A stretch of 64,000 nt of DNA, from positions 32,001 to 96,000 of IMG/VR virus record IMGVR_UViG_3300028837_000933. One strand, given 5' to 3'. This stretch comes from a virus. The notes under the pieces are model-generated. The model ran no database searches. It was not told the DNA's origin and was given only the letters and a program-made list of their open reading frames with translations. Below are positions 39,933-49,235 of this stretch, one piece after another. A program made the position numbers and the translations under genes. The stretch's first letter is position 1. The number at the start of each line of letters is the position of its first letter.

Positions 39933-40684
39933 AGGGCTAGGGTCTCCTCCCTCGTACGGTCTGCAACGTGCGCCTCGTAGACCAGCTTGTACTCCCCATC
40001 TGATTGTCGCTCGCGGCTCCGCATTGTCATGCCTGTCCCTCGAGCGGTCTTATTCTCTGGGTGTGGGGTGAGCATGGTACTCTGGATCATCTCCGGCACA
40101 CCCCGGATCTGGAACCAACCCAACGCGCCGAACACGTCCTCCCAGAACCAGGCGCTACACATGCTCATCAGGGTCAGTTTGTGCAGGCGCGGCTCCAACT
40201 CCTGCGGCGCCGTGAACGCAAACACAATCTTGGCCGGCAGTTCGCTCGTGGGCGTGCCGGCGAGAACACCACTCCCGGTGCGGTAACTCTGCATGTGCGC
40301 TCCCACGATACCCAGCAAATGCCCATCCAGGAGCACCGCGCAGTAGTTTTCCGCCCCACCTCCAGGCAACCGATGAACGAACAGATCCCGGTAGTAGTCA
40401 CCCTCCTGTTGGGAGATCATCTTCGCCCGGAGTTCCATCCCCTCCTTCACAGGAGCGTGAAAGAGGGGAAAGCTCGATCTCCCTTCATGCAGCTTGGTGC
40501 GCACCATGACGTGCGGGAGTAGTGTCTTGTTGGACACGATCCAGTTGAGCGATGTCAGCCGCGTGTTTCCGGGCCTGTCAGCGAACACCGACCGCCAGGG
40601 CGGCCCCCACGTGGGGGAAGGGTCTTCTCCCTTGGAAGCGTAGTACATGAGCACAAGCGCCTCGGATGCGGCGAGATAGTCCAT
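39821..40684 (-). CDS. DNA-modification-associated protein, probably the C-terminal part of 40694..41332
   Basis: In frame with the upstream ORF and separated by one TAG; YYRDLFVHRL segment is possibly a GNAT-like fold (inference). Confidence 0.55.
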   Translation of the reverse strand: MDYLAASEALVLMYYASKGEDPSPTWGPPWRSVFADRPGNTRLTSLNWIVSNKTLLPHVMVRTKLHEGRSSFPLFHAPVKEGMELRAKMISQQEGDYYRDLFVHRLPGGGAENYCAVLLDGHLLGIVGAHMQSYRTGSGVLAGTPTSELPAKIVFAFTAPQELEPRLHKLTLMSMCSAWFWEDVFGALGWFQIRGVPEMIQSTMLTPHPENKTARGTGMTMRSRERQSDGEYKLVYEAHVADRTREETLALWYQKFKQRPKQETPKKSRRGRKRRGRKKRKPQTQPA

Positions 40685-40693
40685 CAGCCCCTT

Positions 40694-41332
40694 CTAGTCA
40701 CGCTCGACAAACTGGGCCACCTCTGGTTCGTCCCAGTCAAAGATCGCCTCGATGCCCTCGAACATCTTGTCATAGCCGCCCGTGTACCTAGGCGGGTTGA
40801 GCAGGATAGCAGTGGAAGCGTCACTCCGCGGCTCGTCAATCACTTCCCACATATCCTGTGTCTCGTAGTTGATGCCGTCCAGCTGCGCCGCCATGGTCTT
40901 CAACTGCTCAATCAGTTGAGGGACGTAGCTTCCCACGTTTCTCAGCAATTCCTGCTGGTTCTGGATGTGCCACGCCTTCTTGGTCTTGCGCTCGTACTGG
41001 AGCACCCTCAATAGGAACATGATCGCCGCCGTCTTACCCAACGGCCCCTCGTCCAGCCACGGTAGAACCACATCGGCGGCCTCGTGCTTCGGCTCTAATC
41101 GGTAATCTCTGCCCACTAACGCATGACCCAAGGCGTGAGAGTAGACAGATATGTCCGATGCGTAGATGCTCTCCGGCGTAGCTCCGCCGGCGACCGCGCT
41201 CACCGCCAGGCTGAACGTGCCACAGCAAGGCAGAATCACCCGGTTGGGGCGATAGGCTTTGACCATCTGGCTGGTGTAGCCTCGCGTGCGCCCTCGCGGG
41301 ATGCCTTTGAACAGTATGTCAGGATTGGACAT
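40694..41332 (-). CDS. Adenine-methyltransferase-like DNA modification protein
   Basis: Motif-I-like ILPCCGTFS, ASDIS and catalytic-like LLNPPRY. Confidence 0.6.
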   Translation of the reverse strand: MSNPDILFKGIPRGRTRGYTSQMVKAYRPNRVILPCCGTFSLAVSAVAGGATPESIYASDISVYSHALGHALVGRDYRLEPKHEAADVVLPWLDEGPLGKTAAIMFLLRVLQYERKTKKAWHIQNQQELLRNVGSYVPQLIEQLKTMAAQLDGINYETQDMWEVIDEPRSDASTAILLNPPRYTGGYDKMFEGIEAIFDWDEPEVAQFVERD

Positions 41333-41529
41333 AGATGCTACCCATTATGCCAGGACTCCACCCACACACCTACCCAGAGCAGCACGGACAGCACGGCCCA
41401 GGCAAGGAAGCCACGCATCAAGAGCGCAACCGCGAGTTCTAATGTCATTCGGCCTCCTCACGAAAGAAAGCCCCACAGCGGGGCCTCTGCTTGCCACCGT
41501 GCCCAGCCGCTACCCGGCGAACACTCAGG

Positions 41530-41671
41530 ACCAGGGAGTAGGAGTCGAACCTACATCTTCCCCTTGAGAGGGGGCTGTCCTCGGCCTAGGGCCTTGCCAT
41601 CGCTTAGTCGCCTCTTACGGCGAAACCTACAGCCACAGTCAAAGACTGGCGGGGCGTTAGACGATCCCTGG
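41530..41671 (-). tRNA. tRNA-Glu(CUC)-like gene with a 69-nt D-loop insertion
   Basis: Acceptor CCAGGGA/TCCCTGG, D-stem GTCT/GGAC, anticodon arm CCCC-CT CTC AA-GGGG, T-arm GTAGG-TTCGACT-CCTAC; no encoded CCA. Confidence 0.75.
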
Positions 41672-41677
41672 ACCACC

Positions 41678-41706
41678 AGTATACCGCATCCTTCCCGATT
41701 TGTCAA
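41678..41706 (-). promoter_or_regulatory. Sigma70 promoter driving the tRNA and modification/terminase genes
   Basis: TTGACA-17-TATACT ending 6 nt before the tRNA 5' end. Confidence 0.85.
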
Positions 41707-41751
41707 CTTCTACACGGTTCCCTTGGCAATCGCAAAGGTATACACAGATGG

Positions 41752-41780
41752 TTGACGGATGGCACGATTTGTGATAAGAT
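41752..41780 (+). promoter_or_regulatory. Divergent sigma70 promoter
   Basis: TTGACG-17-TAAGAT with extended -10 TG. Confidence 0.65.
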
Positions 41781-41797
41781 GGCACAAAGGAGGCACG

Positions 41798-42256
41798 ATG
41801 TCACCAAGGGATAAGGTGTACGGCGACCCCATCACGTACAATGGCAAGACGCATACGCTAGAAGAATGGGCCAAGCGGTTGAACACCACCTATTCCGTGC
41901 TCGCTCACCGCCTGCGTAGGGGCTGGTCTGTCAATCGCACGCTCTCCACCCCACCTGAAAAAGTCGTGAAGCGTATGCGATTCGATGGACGCAACATGAC
42001 GTACCAGGAATGGGAGTACGAGACAGGCATCAAGCAACGTAGGCTCCGACGTCGACGGGCGGCAGGATGGACAGAGGAACAGACCGTCACAACCCGCGTC
42101 CGCAAATACGGCCGACAAATCAACTACGCGGGCCAGAATAAGACACTCCGCGAGTGGGCAGAAACGCTCGGCATCAACTACAACACGCTCTACTACCGCC
42201 TGTACAGGCTCGGACTCCCGATAGAAGAAGCGTTCACAGCACCCCTCAGACGCTAA
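41798..42256 (+). CDS. Triple-repeat HTH-like DNA-binding protein
   Basis: AAAGGAGG SD; three copies of (I/M).(Y/F).G...T..EW.......L..R...G. Confidence 0.7.
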   Translation: MSPRDKVYGDPITYNGKTHTLEEWAKRLNTTYSVLAHRLRRGWSVNRTLSTPPEKVVKRMRFDGRNMTYQEWEYETGIKQRRLRRRRAAGWTEEQTVTTRVRKYGRQINYAGQNKTLREWAETLGINYNTLYYRLYRLGLPIEEAFTAPLRR

Positions 42257-42559
42257 CACACACACACCCACGGTTCCCATAGGAAGGGCAAAGGGCCAAG
42301 CACCCAACGCGCACAACGGGTTTTCGGGTCAACCGAAATCCGGGTCAAGCCGATTCTGGGTAGGGCCTCACCCCCAGGCACGCCCGCTGTGTCACCCACA
42401 GGGCGAAAACCCAAAAAATCGCTGCGCGGTCGGAGACGCAAAAAAGGCCGACGCCCCCTCTGAGTACGGCGGGCTTATGTAAAGAGGCAAACTCAAAAAT
42501 CCAGTGCGTGGTCGAAATGACCCAAATGGCGAGAAACGCACAGAATCCACCAAAAAATG

Positions 42560-44790
42560 CGCGAAACCGAGTGAACTCGCTTGAACTCCACAGAAGCCGG
42601 ATGAACTCGACAGAACCCGAGGGGAACCCGGTGAACCGTGAGCAAACCGAGTGAACTGTGAGCAAATCGAGTGAAAGTGTAGGAAACCGTAGCAAACGTG
42701 ATGAAACCCATAGAAGCGCGATCAAACCGCGTGATCAGCTCTGAAACCATCGCAAACCGTATAGAACCAGGGGCAACCGTAGCAAAGCCGGAGAAACGTG
42801 TTGAAACCGTAGAAACCCGAGTGGAATCGTGTAGCCGGCTATAGATAGGGTAGAGACCGACAGAAACCGCATGAACCCCGTTGAAAGCCTCTCTTCCTCA
42901 TCGAACCCGTGAGAAATCGTAGGAAACCGCATAGAAGCCCAGCAAACCGAGAGACCAGGCCGGCAACCGTGAGGAACCGTGAGAACTGGTAGCATAGTGA
43001 CAGGAACCGTAGGAAAACGGGAGAGAATAGAGCAACCCGTGAGTAACTCACCGAACCCGTGAGAAACCACATAGAAGCACAGTGAACCGGGAGAAACCGA
43101 GTGGCCGGCGACAGTATGCCCGGAAACCGTGAGAGAATGGCAAGAATGGCAGCAAACCGGGAGAAAGCGACAGAAAGCACAGCAGACGGCCGGATCTCCC
43201 TGGAAACCGTGCGGAATCGATAGGCCGGCACAGCTATCGTGTGAACCCGGTTGGAATCGATAGCAATCGTGTAGTATACGTGCATATCGACAGGAAGCAG
43301 GAGCAACCAGTAGCCGGCGACAGTAACCCAGTGACCGCGTGCGCAATCGGCAGGACTCATAGCAAACCAACAGTAACCCAGTGCAATCACTAGGCCGGCG
43401 CAGCTATCGAGTGACCACGGTTGAACCTCTGCAATTCCGATAGCAACCGCAAAGAAACCAGAGACCCCAAGAGCAACCAGCAGCAAGCGACAGGCGGCCG
43501 GAGAAACCCGCAAACCACGCGAGAAACCGAGAGACCACGCCCCAAACCCACAGGAACCGCGAGCAATCGAGTGGCCGGCAACGATACGCGTGTATATCGT
43601 CAACTATAGTGTGATGGTGAGTGAGAGTGAGTGAGGGTGAGTGAGACCAGCAACAAGCGACAGGTCTCCAGTGACCAGGTAGCAAACCGTGAGCAATCGT
43701 GTGAACTGGTAGCAAACCGAGCGGGACGGTGAGAAAGCGACAGGCCCCGCGAGCAATCGAGTGGCCGGCCGCGAAACCGTGAGACCAGCTCAGGAACAGT
43801 GGGATAACGACAGGTCAAGCCAGCAACGCAACAAAAGAGGCAGGAACCGAGAGAACCCGGCAACCCGAGCACCAACTCGCCCAAACCCGTCACCAACCGT
43901 CAATCCACGTGTGACCGCGTGAGAGTAGCCTTGCCAACCGTCACGAACCGTCAACCTAATAGGGTCAATCGGCCTAATTTGAGTGAAACCGTATAGAACC
44001 GAGAGAACCGTCGACAGTGAAACCGTGTGAAAGCAAACCGTGAGAAACCGTGTGAAACGTGAGAGAGAGAAACCGTGTGAAACGTGAGCGCCAAAACCCG
44101 CGAAAACAAACCGTGTGAAACCGTGTGAAACGTGAGAGAGTGAAACCGTGTGAAACGTGAGAACCAAAACACTCCAAAACCGAACCGCGAGAAACCGTGA
44201 GAAACCGTGTGAACCTAGACCCCTAGAAACCGTGTGAAACCCATAGCAAACCATAGTAGAATCGTGAGAAACCGTGTGAGAACCAAACCCGGTCAAACCG
44301 AACCACCAAAACCCGCGAAAACAAACCGTGTGAAACCGTGTGAAACGTTAGTAGTAGAAACCGTGTGAAACGTGAGAACCAAAACACCCCGGTCCAAACC
44401 GTGAGAAACCGTGTGAAACGTGAGAGAGAGAAACCGTGTGAAACGTAACCACCAAAACACCCAAAAAGCAAACCGTGTGAAACCGTGTGAAACCCAGTGA
44501 ACCGTTTTTCATCTTCTGCCGTCGCCTGAAACCGTGAGAAACCGTGTGAAACCGTCAACCAGGTTGAAACCGTGAGAAACCGTGAGAAACGCAACCCGCG
44601 GACCTCTCACCCAGAAACCGCGAGAAACCGTGAGAAACCGATCACGGTCCCTGGTTGGCATTGAAACCGTGTGAAACGATAGCAACCCAGCTCAAACCGT
44701 ATAGATCCATACAGTCAGACCAGTTTTTTTCCCGCTAGTTATGGGTCAAGTTATTGAAACCGTGTGAAACCCATAGCAAACCCTAGGCAA
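42560..44790 (+). repeat. Strand-biased low-complexity array of AAACCGTG(T/A)G-type units
   Basis: Dozens of AACCG(T)/GAAACCGTG units, most regular at 43980-44770; the ORFs here are repeat artefacts. Confidence 0.85.
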
Positions 44791-44830
44791 ACCATATCAA
44801 AACCGATTGAAAAACGGTCCCAACGCGTTT

Positions 44831-44860
44831 TTGGAGTATCAGCCGGGTTGGTGGTATAAT
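44831..44860 (+). promoter_or_regulatory. Candidate early promoter
   Basis: TTGGAG-18-TATAAT with extended -10 TG; followed by TCTC. Confidence 0.55.
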
Positions 44861-45341
44861 TCTCGCGTAACCTATAGGCCAACGGGACGCACCAACCGAA
44901 CCCTTGACCCTCTCCCTACTCCATCCCAACCCGAACCACTATCACCCAACCCGAACCACTATCACGCGGGACCGTTGACCGAACCGGAACCGGAAAAGAC
45001 CACCAACCGCAACCACCGCAACCACCAACCCAACCCGCACCACGTCAACCGTACATTTCCAACGGTCCAGAAACCGAGAATATAACCTAATCCCTACCAA
45101 CCCGAACCCGAACCGGAACCCTAAACGGTTGGATTATACCTCTCCCTCTCCCTAGTCAGTTTCTATAGCTAGAATACCCGCACCTCTCCAACGTCAGTGG
45201 AACCCAAAACGCGGAAACGCGTTCCCAGTCGCGGAAAACAAACCAACAAACCCGCACCCACAAAAACGGTGGTGATAGGCAAAAATCACAAAAAAATCGG
45301 GACAATCAGCCGGAACACTCGTCAACTCACGTGCGGCATTT

Positions 45342-45371
45342 TTCCCGAACCGGGACCTTGACGGGTATAAT
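45342..45371 (+). promoter_or_regulatory. Candidate early promoter upstream of the first cassette
   Basis: Perfect TATAAT within GGTATAATTCTC, the same 12-mer as at 44853; weak -35 TTCCCG. Confidence 0.5.
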
Positions 45372-45540
45372 TCTCTCATAACTAGGGTCTCTCCCTTGAA
45401 TCACAATCGGGACGGTTGGCCTTTTCCGCGTTTCGCGGGAATTGCCAACGGTCCCTTTTGTGGTGAGAGACCCAACCGCGGAACCGTCCTATTGTGGGTC
45501 GGTTCGGTCGGGTTTCATCACAAAAAGGGAGAGTGATACA

Positions 45541-45654
45541 ATGGAGTTGGTGGAAATGTTGGTCAATATGCAACCCGCGTTTCAGATTCTTCTGGGTGCG
45601 TTCGTGTTGTTGGTGGTTGCGGTTTGTCTGGAGTTGGTTGGTATGATGCGATAG
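45541..45654 (+). CDS. Cassette ORF: 37-aa single-TM peptide
   Basis: ATG after the repeat SD; hydrophobic. Confidence 0.6.
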   Translation: MELVEMLVNMQPAFQILLGAFVLLVVAVCLELVGMMR

Positions 45655-45815
45655 ACCAACCACCAAGACCCACAATAGAATAGAACCGAGAGACCCACAA
45701 TCGGGACGGTTGGCAATTGCCAACGGTCCCTTTTGTGGTGAGAGACCCAACCGCGGAACCGTCCTATTGTGGGTCGGTTCGGTCGGGTTTCATCACAAAA
45801 AGGGAGAGTGATACA

Positions 45816-46199
45816 ATGTCAGATTATAGGTTGTATTGTGAGATTGACGAAACGGTTTTGAGGGAGTTGGTTGCCAGTATTGAAACCGTGTCAATCCGCG
45901 TGCGTGCGGAACCCAACCCTATTCTACAATCGTTGGTTCCACTGGAGATTGTGGAATTGTCGCGGGAACGTGCGTGGTTGACAATCCATCGGATACCCGC
46001 AACCGGAACCGTCAACCGGTATAGTCCAGCCGTCAACGTGGACGTTCCCGGTTGGGTTGACGTGGATCGGTTGGGTTTGTTGGATTGTCTGGACGGTTGG
46101 GTCGGTTGCGGGATTGTAACCCTTTTTTCCACTCACGATGGAATAGGGTATGCTTCTGACGGTTGTTTTGACGTGGACGTTTCCGCGGAAACGTATTGA
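45816..46199 (+). CDS. Cassette ORF: hypothetical protein
   Basis: ATG after the repeat SD; stop at the next repeat. Confidence 0.7.
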   Translation: MSDYRLYCEIDETVLRELVASIETVSIRVRAEPNPILQSLVPLEIVELSRERAWLTIHRIPATGTVNRYSPAVNVDVPGWVDVDRLGLLDCLDGWVGCGIVTLFSTHDGIGYASDGCFDVDVSAETY

Positions 46200-46351
46200 C
46201 CAACCACCAAGACCCACAATAGAATAGAACCGAGAGACCCACAATCGGGACGGTTGGCCTAGGCCAACGGTCCCTTTTGTGGTGAGAGACCCAACCGCGG
46301 AACCGTCCTATTGTGGGTCGGTTCGGTCGGGTTTCATCACAAAAAGGGAGA

Positions 46352-46648
46352 GTGAGGTTCGACTACAATCCCGATGCTATTGGGACGTGTCAACGGGTTG
46401 GTATCTTGGTTCGACTATACCACGATGGGAACCATTATCTTGTATATGACCGTTGGGACGTGATTGACGGTCAATCGCAACCCGTTTTTCTCGCGGGTTT
46501 TGGTGGTCCCGATTATACAAGAAACGGTCAATTGACCTATTCCAGTATTGACCGTGTGACGCGTTTTCTAATGCAAAACGCGGAAAAGGTTGAATTGTGG
46601 TTGACCCATCGGAACCATATTGACGTCAAAACGCACGATCCACAATAG
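46352..46648 (+). CDS. Cassette ORF: hypothetical protein
   Basis: GTG start very close to the SD; stop lies inside the next repeat. Confidence 0.55.
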   Translation: MRFDYNPDAIGTCQRVGILVRLYHDGNHYLVYDRWDVIDGQSQPVFLAGFGGPDYTRNGQLTYSSIDRVTRFLMQNAEKVELWLTHRNHIDVKTHDPQ

Positions 46649-46785
46649 AATAGAACCGAGAGACCCACAATCGGGACGGTTGGCCTAGGCCAACCGTCCC
46701 TTTTGTGGTGAGAGACCCAACCGCGGAACCGTCCTATTGTGGGTCGGTTCGGTCGGGTTTCATCACAAAAAGGGAGAGTGATACA

Positions 46786-47223
46786 ATGTTGTTGGTTGAC
46801 GTACAATTGACGGTTGTTTTCCGGAACCGTCCAGTGATGCGGGACGTGAACGGGAAACGTCAAAAAAACCGGGAACGGTCGACGGGTGATAGGCGTGGTA
46901 TGATGCGGGATGAAACGTGGTTATGTCTCACGTGGAACCATGAAACCGGATTCAAGGTTGCGGATTGGACGTGGTATAGTGGTGGAAACAAACCCTATTG
47001 GAATAGGGAATATGGTTCCGGTGGTCAACGTGCGGTATATTCCTATAGGGACAATCGGTTGACCGCAAACCTAGATGACACGTGGATCACTGACTACCAA
47101 CCACGAAAACCCATCACTGACGCGTCAGTGAAACGGTTGTTTCGGGTTTGTCGAAAATACGGGATGATTGTCGCCTATCTTGGCGACGGTTGGTATACTG
47201 ATTGTGGTGACGTTTCGATATAA
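46786..47223 (+). CDS. Cassette ORF: hypothetical protein
   Basis: ATG after the repeat SD. Confidence 0.7.
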   Translation: MLLVDVQLTVVFRNRPVMRDVNGKRQKNRERSTGDRRGMMRDETWLCLTWNHETGFKVADWTWYSGGNKPYWNREYGSGGQRAVYSYRDNRLTANLDDTWITDYQPRKPITDASVKRLFRVCRKYGMIVAYLGDGWYTDCGDVSI

Positions 47224-47379
47224 CCCGCATCACTGACAATAGAATAGAACCGAGAGACCCACAATCGGGACGGTTGGCCTAGGCCAACGGTCCCTTTTGT
47301 GGTGAGAGACCCAACCGCGGAGCCGTCCTATTGTGGGTCGGTTCGGTCGGGTTTCATCACAAAAAGGGAGAGTGATACA

Positions 47380-47754
47380 ATGTTGTTTTTCGTGGATCGT
47401 GATATACTCGCGGAAACGTTCTATGGTGACGAGTTGGACGATTGGGACCACGTACAGTGGAACGTCAAGTATTGGGGAGAGTTGGTTATAATTCCCTACG
47501 CAAGAATAGGTCAAAAACGTCCCGCGTTCGGTGCGTGGACTATCCCGGTTTCCGTTTTGGAGAGTGCGGAAAACGTCACAATCGATTGTATGGAGTTGGA
47601 TACATTTTTGACCTATTCAAACGTGGAAAAACCCGGTTCGGGTTGTATTGTCGCGTTCCGTTCCGATGGAGAGGGAACCGTTTCCGCGGGTATTGTACGT
47701 CAATCCCGATGGAAACCTATACAAGACCCGTTTTGGTTCGACATTTCACCATAG
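47380..47754 (+). CDS. Cassette ORF: hypothetical protein
   Basis: ATG after the repeat SD. Confidence 0.7.
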   Translation: MLFFVDRDILAETFYGDELDDWDHVQWNVKYWGELVIIPYARIGQKRPAFGAWTIPVSVLESAENVTIDCMELDTFLTYSNVEKPGSGCIVAFRSDGEGTVSAGIVRQSRWKPIQDPFWFDISP

Positions 47755-47916
47755 CACGCACCCACAATAGAATAGAACCGAGAGACCCACAATCGGGACG
47801 GTTGGCCTAGGCCAACGGTCCCTTTTGTGGTGAGAGACCCAACCGCGGAACCGTCCTATTGTGGGTCGGTTCGGTCGGGTTTCATCACAAAAAGGGAGAG
47901 TGAGACGGTCCAAAAA

Positions 47917-48062
47917 TGAAACCGGTGCCGGATACGCTATTTTTCCATCGTTCCGCGATTGACGGTCCCAAAAGGAACGGGACCGAACCCGCAACCGTTG
48001 ACGCGGAAAACCCGCATCGGTTGAAACCCGTGCCGGATACGCTATTTTTCCATCGTTCCGCG
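47917..48062 (+). repeat. 41-nt direct repeat pair flanking a 64-nt hairpin-rich spacer
   Basis: 47917-47957 and 48022-48062 differ at one position. Confidence 0.85.
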
Positions 48063-48220
48063 GGTTGACCAACCACCAAGACCCACAATAGAATAGAACC
48101 GAGAGACCCACAATCGGGACGGTTGGCCTAGGCCAACGGTCCCTTTTGTGGTGAGAGACCCAACCCAACCAACCACGATCCACCAACCCAACCGCGGGAA
48201 CCGTTGACGGGTTGACCAAC

Positions 48221-48369
48221 GGGACCCAACCGCACGCGGGACCCTTGACCCTTTTTCCGGTCGGGACCCAACCGCACGCGGGACCCTTGACCCTTTTTCC
48301 GGTCGGGAACCCAACCGCACGCGGGAACCCTTGACCCTTTTTCCGGTCGGGACCCAACCGCACGCGGGG
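48221..48369 (+). repeat. ~42-bp tandem repeat, 3.5 copies
   Basis: Unit GGGACCCAACCGCACGCGGGACCCTTGACCCTTTTTCCGGTC. Confidence 0.9.
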
Positions 48370-48876
48370 AATCCGCGTCAATTCGGTTGAACGCACCCAC
48401 AACACAAAAACGGGTTACACCGTGCAAAAAATCCCGCACATTTCCGGTCAATTGACCCTTTTTTGGTGAGACCAACCAACCAAAAACAACCGGGTTGACC
48501 GATTTTTGGGTCAATCGTTCCGGTTCCTAGGTCAACGGTCCCTTTTTTGGCCAACCTGGTCGGTTTCCAACCACAACCCTTGGAGCTGGTTCCAACCCAT
48601 AGCGCGAGCGTGAGGGACTTACACCTGGTGGAATCGGGCTGGCGTTTGGAGCCGCCAGCCAAAACGGCGCTAGATTCTACACCAACCGCGGAGCGCGTGA
48701 GCGCACATCTGGCGCATCTTTTCCCACGTTTGGAGTCGATAGCACGGGGCGGTCAGCTGGCCACAGCTGGCGGTCCCTTTTCGGGTGAGAGAGTCGGTAG
48801 TCGGCTCAGGCCGCGCTAGGCTGGAATCGGTCCAGCTTTTCTACGCCGACTCACAACCACAGAGAGGGAGAGTGTC

Positions 48877-49086
48877 ATGGCATGCGGAATCCCGCTATAC
48901 GCGAGCGTGGCGCTGGAATATCCCACGTGCCCGCCAACCACAGCCGGGGACGATGGCCGCGGTTTTCCAGCGGCCGGCGAACCTGGTGACTGGCGAATTG
49001 GCGACCCGCTGGACGATGACGAGATCGGTATCCAGATGGGTGAGCCAATCGGGGTCGAGCACCTGGCTGGTATCGTGCTGGCGTAA
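48877..49086 (+). CDS. Cassette ORF: small acidic protein
   Basis: ATG after the repeat SD. Confidence 0.55.
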   Translation: MACGIPLYASVALEYPTCPPTTAGDDGRGFPAAGEPGDWRIGDPLDDDEIGIQMGEPIGVEHLAGIVLA

Positions 49087-49235
49087 CGCAAGCTGAGCAT
49101 CACAACAGAAAACGAGAGACCCGAATTGGGGCGAACCGGGACGGTCCGGTTGGTCCCTTTTCGGGTGAGAGAGCCAACCACCAACCGGGGTCGTCCCGGC
49201 TGGCCTGGTTCTCATCACCACAGAGGGAGGGAACG

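Noticed and set aside
41586-41654. Hammerhead or group I ribozyme in the tRNA insert
   Set aside because: No CUGAUGA core, and far too short for a group I or II intron.
42345-44594. Minus-strand ORFs rich in FHTVSHGF
   Set aside because: They are translations of the DNA repeat, open in several frames, with no SD.
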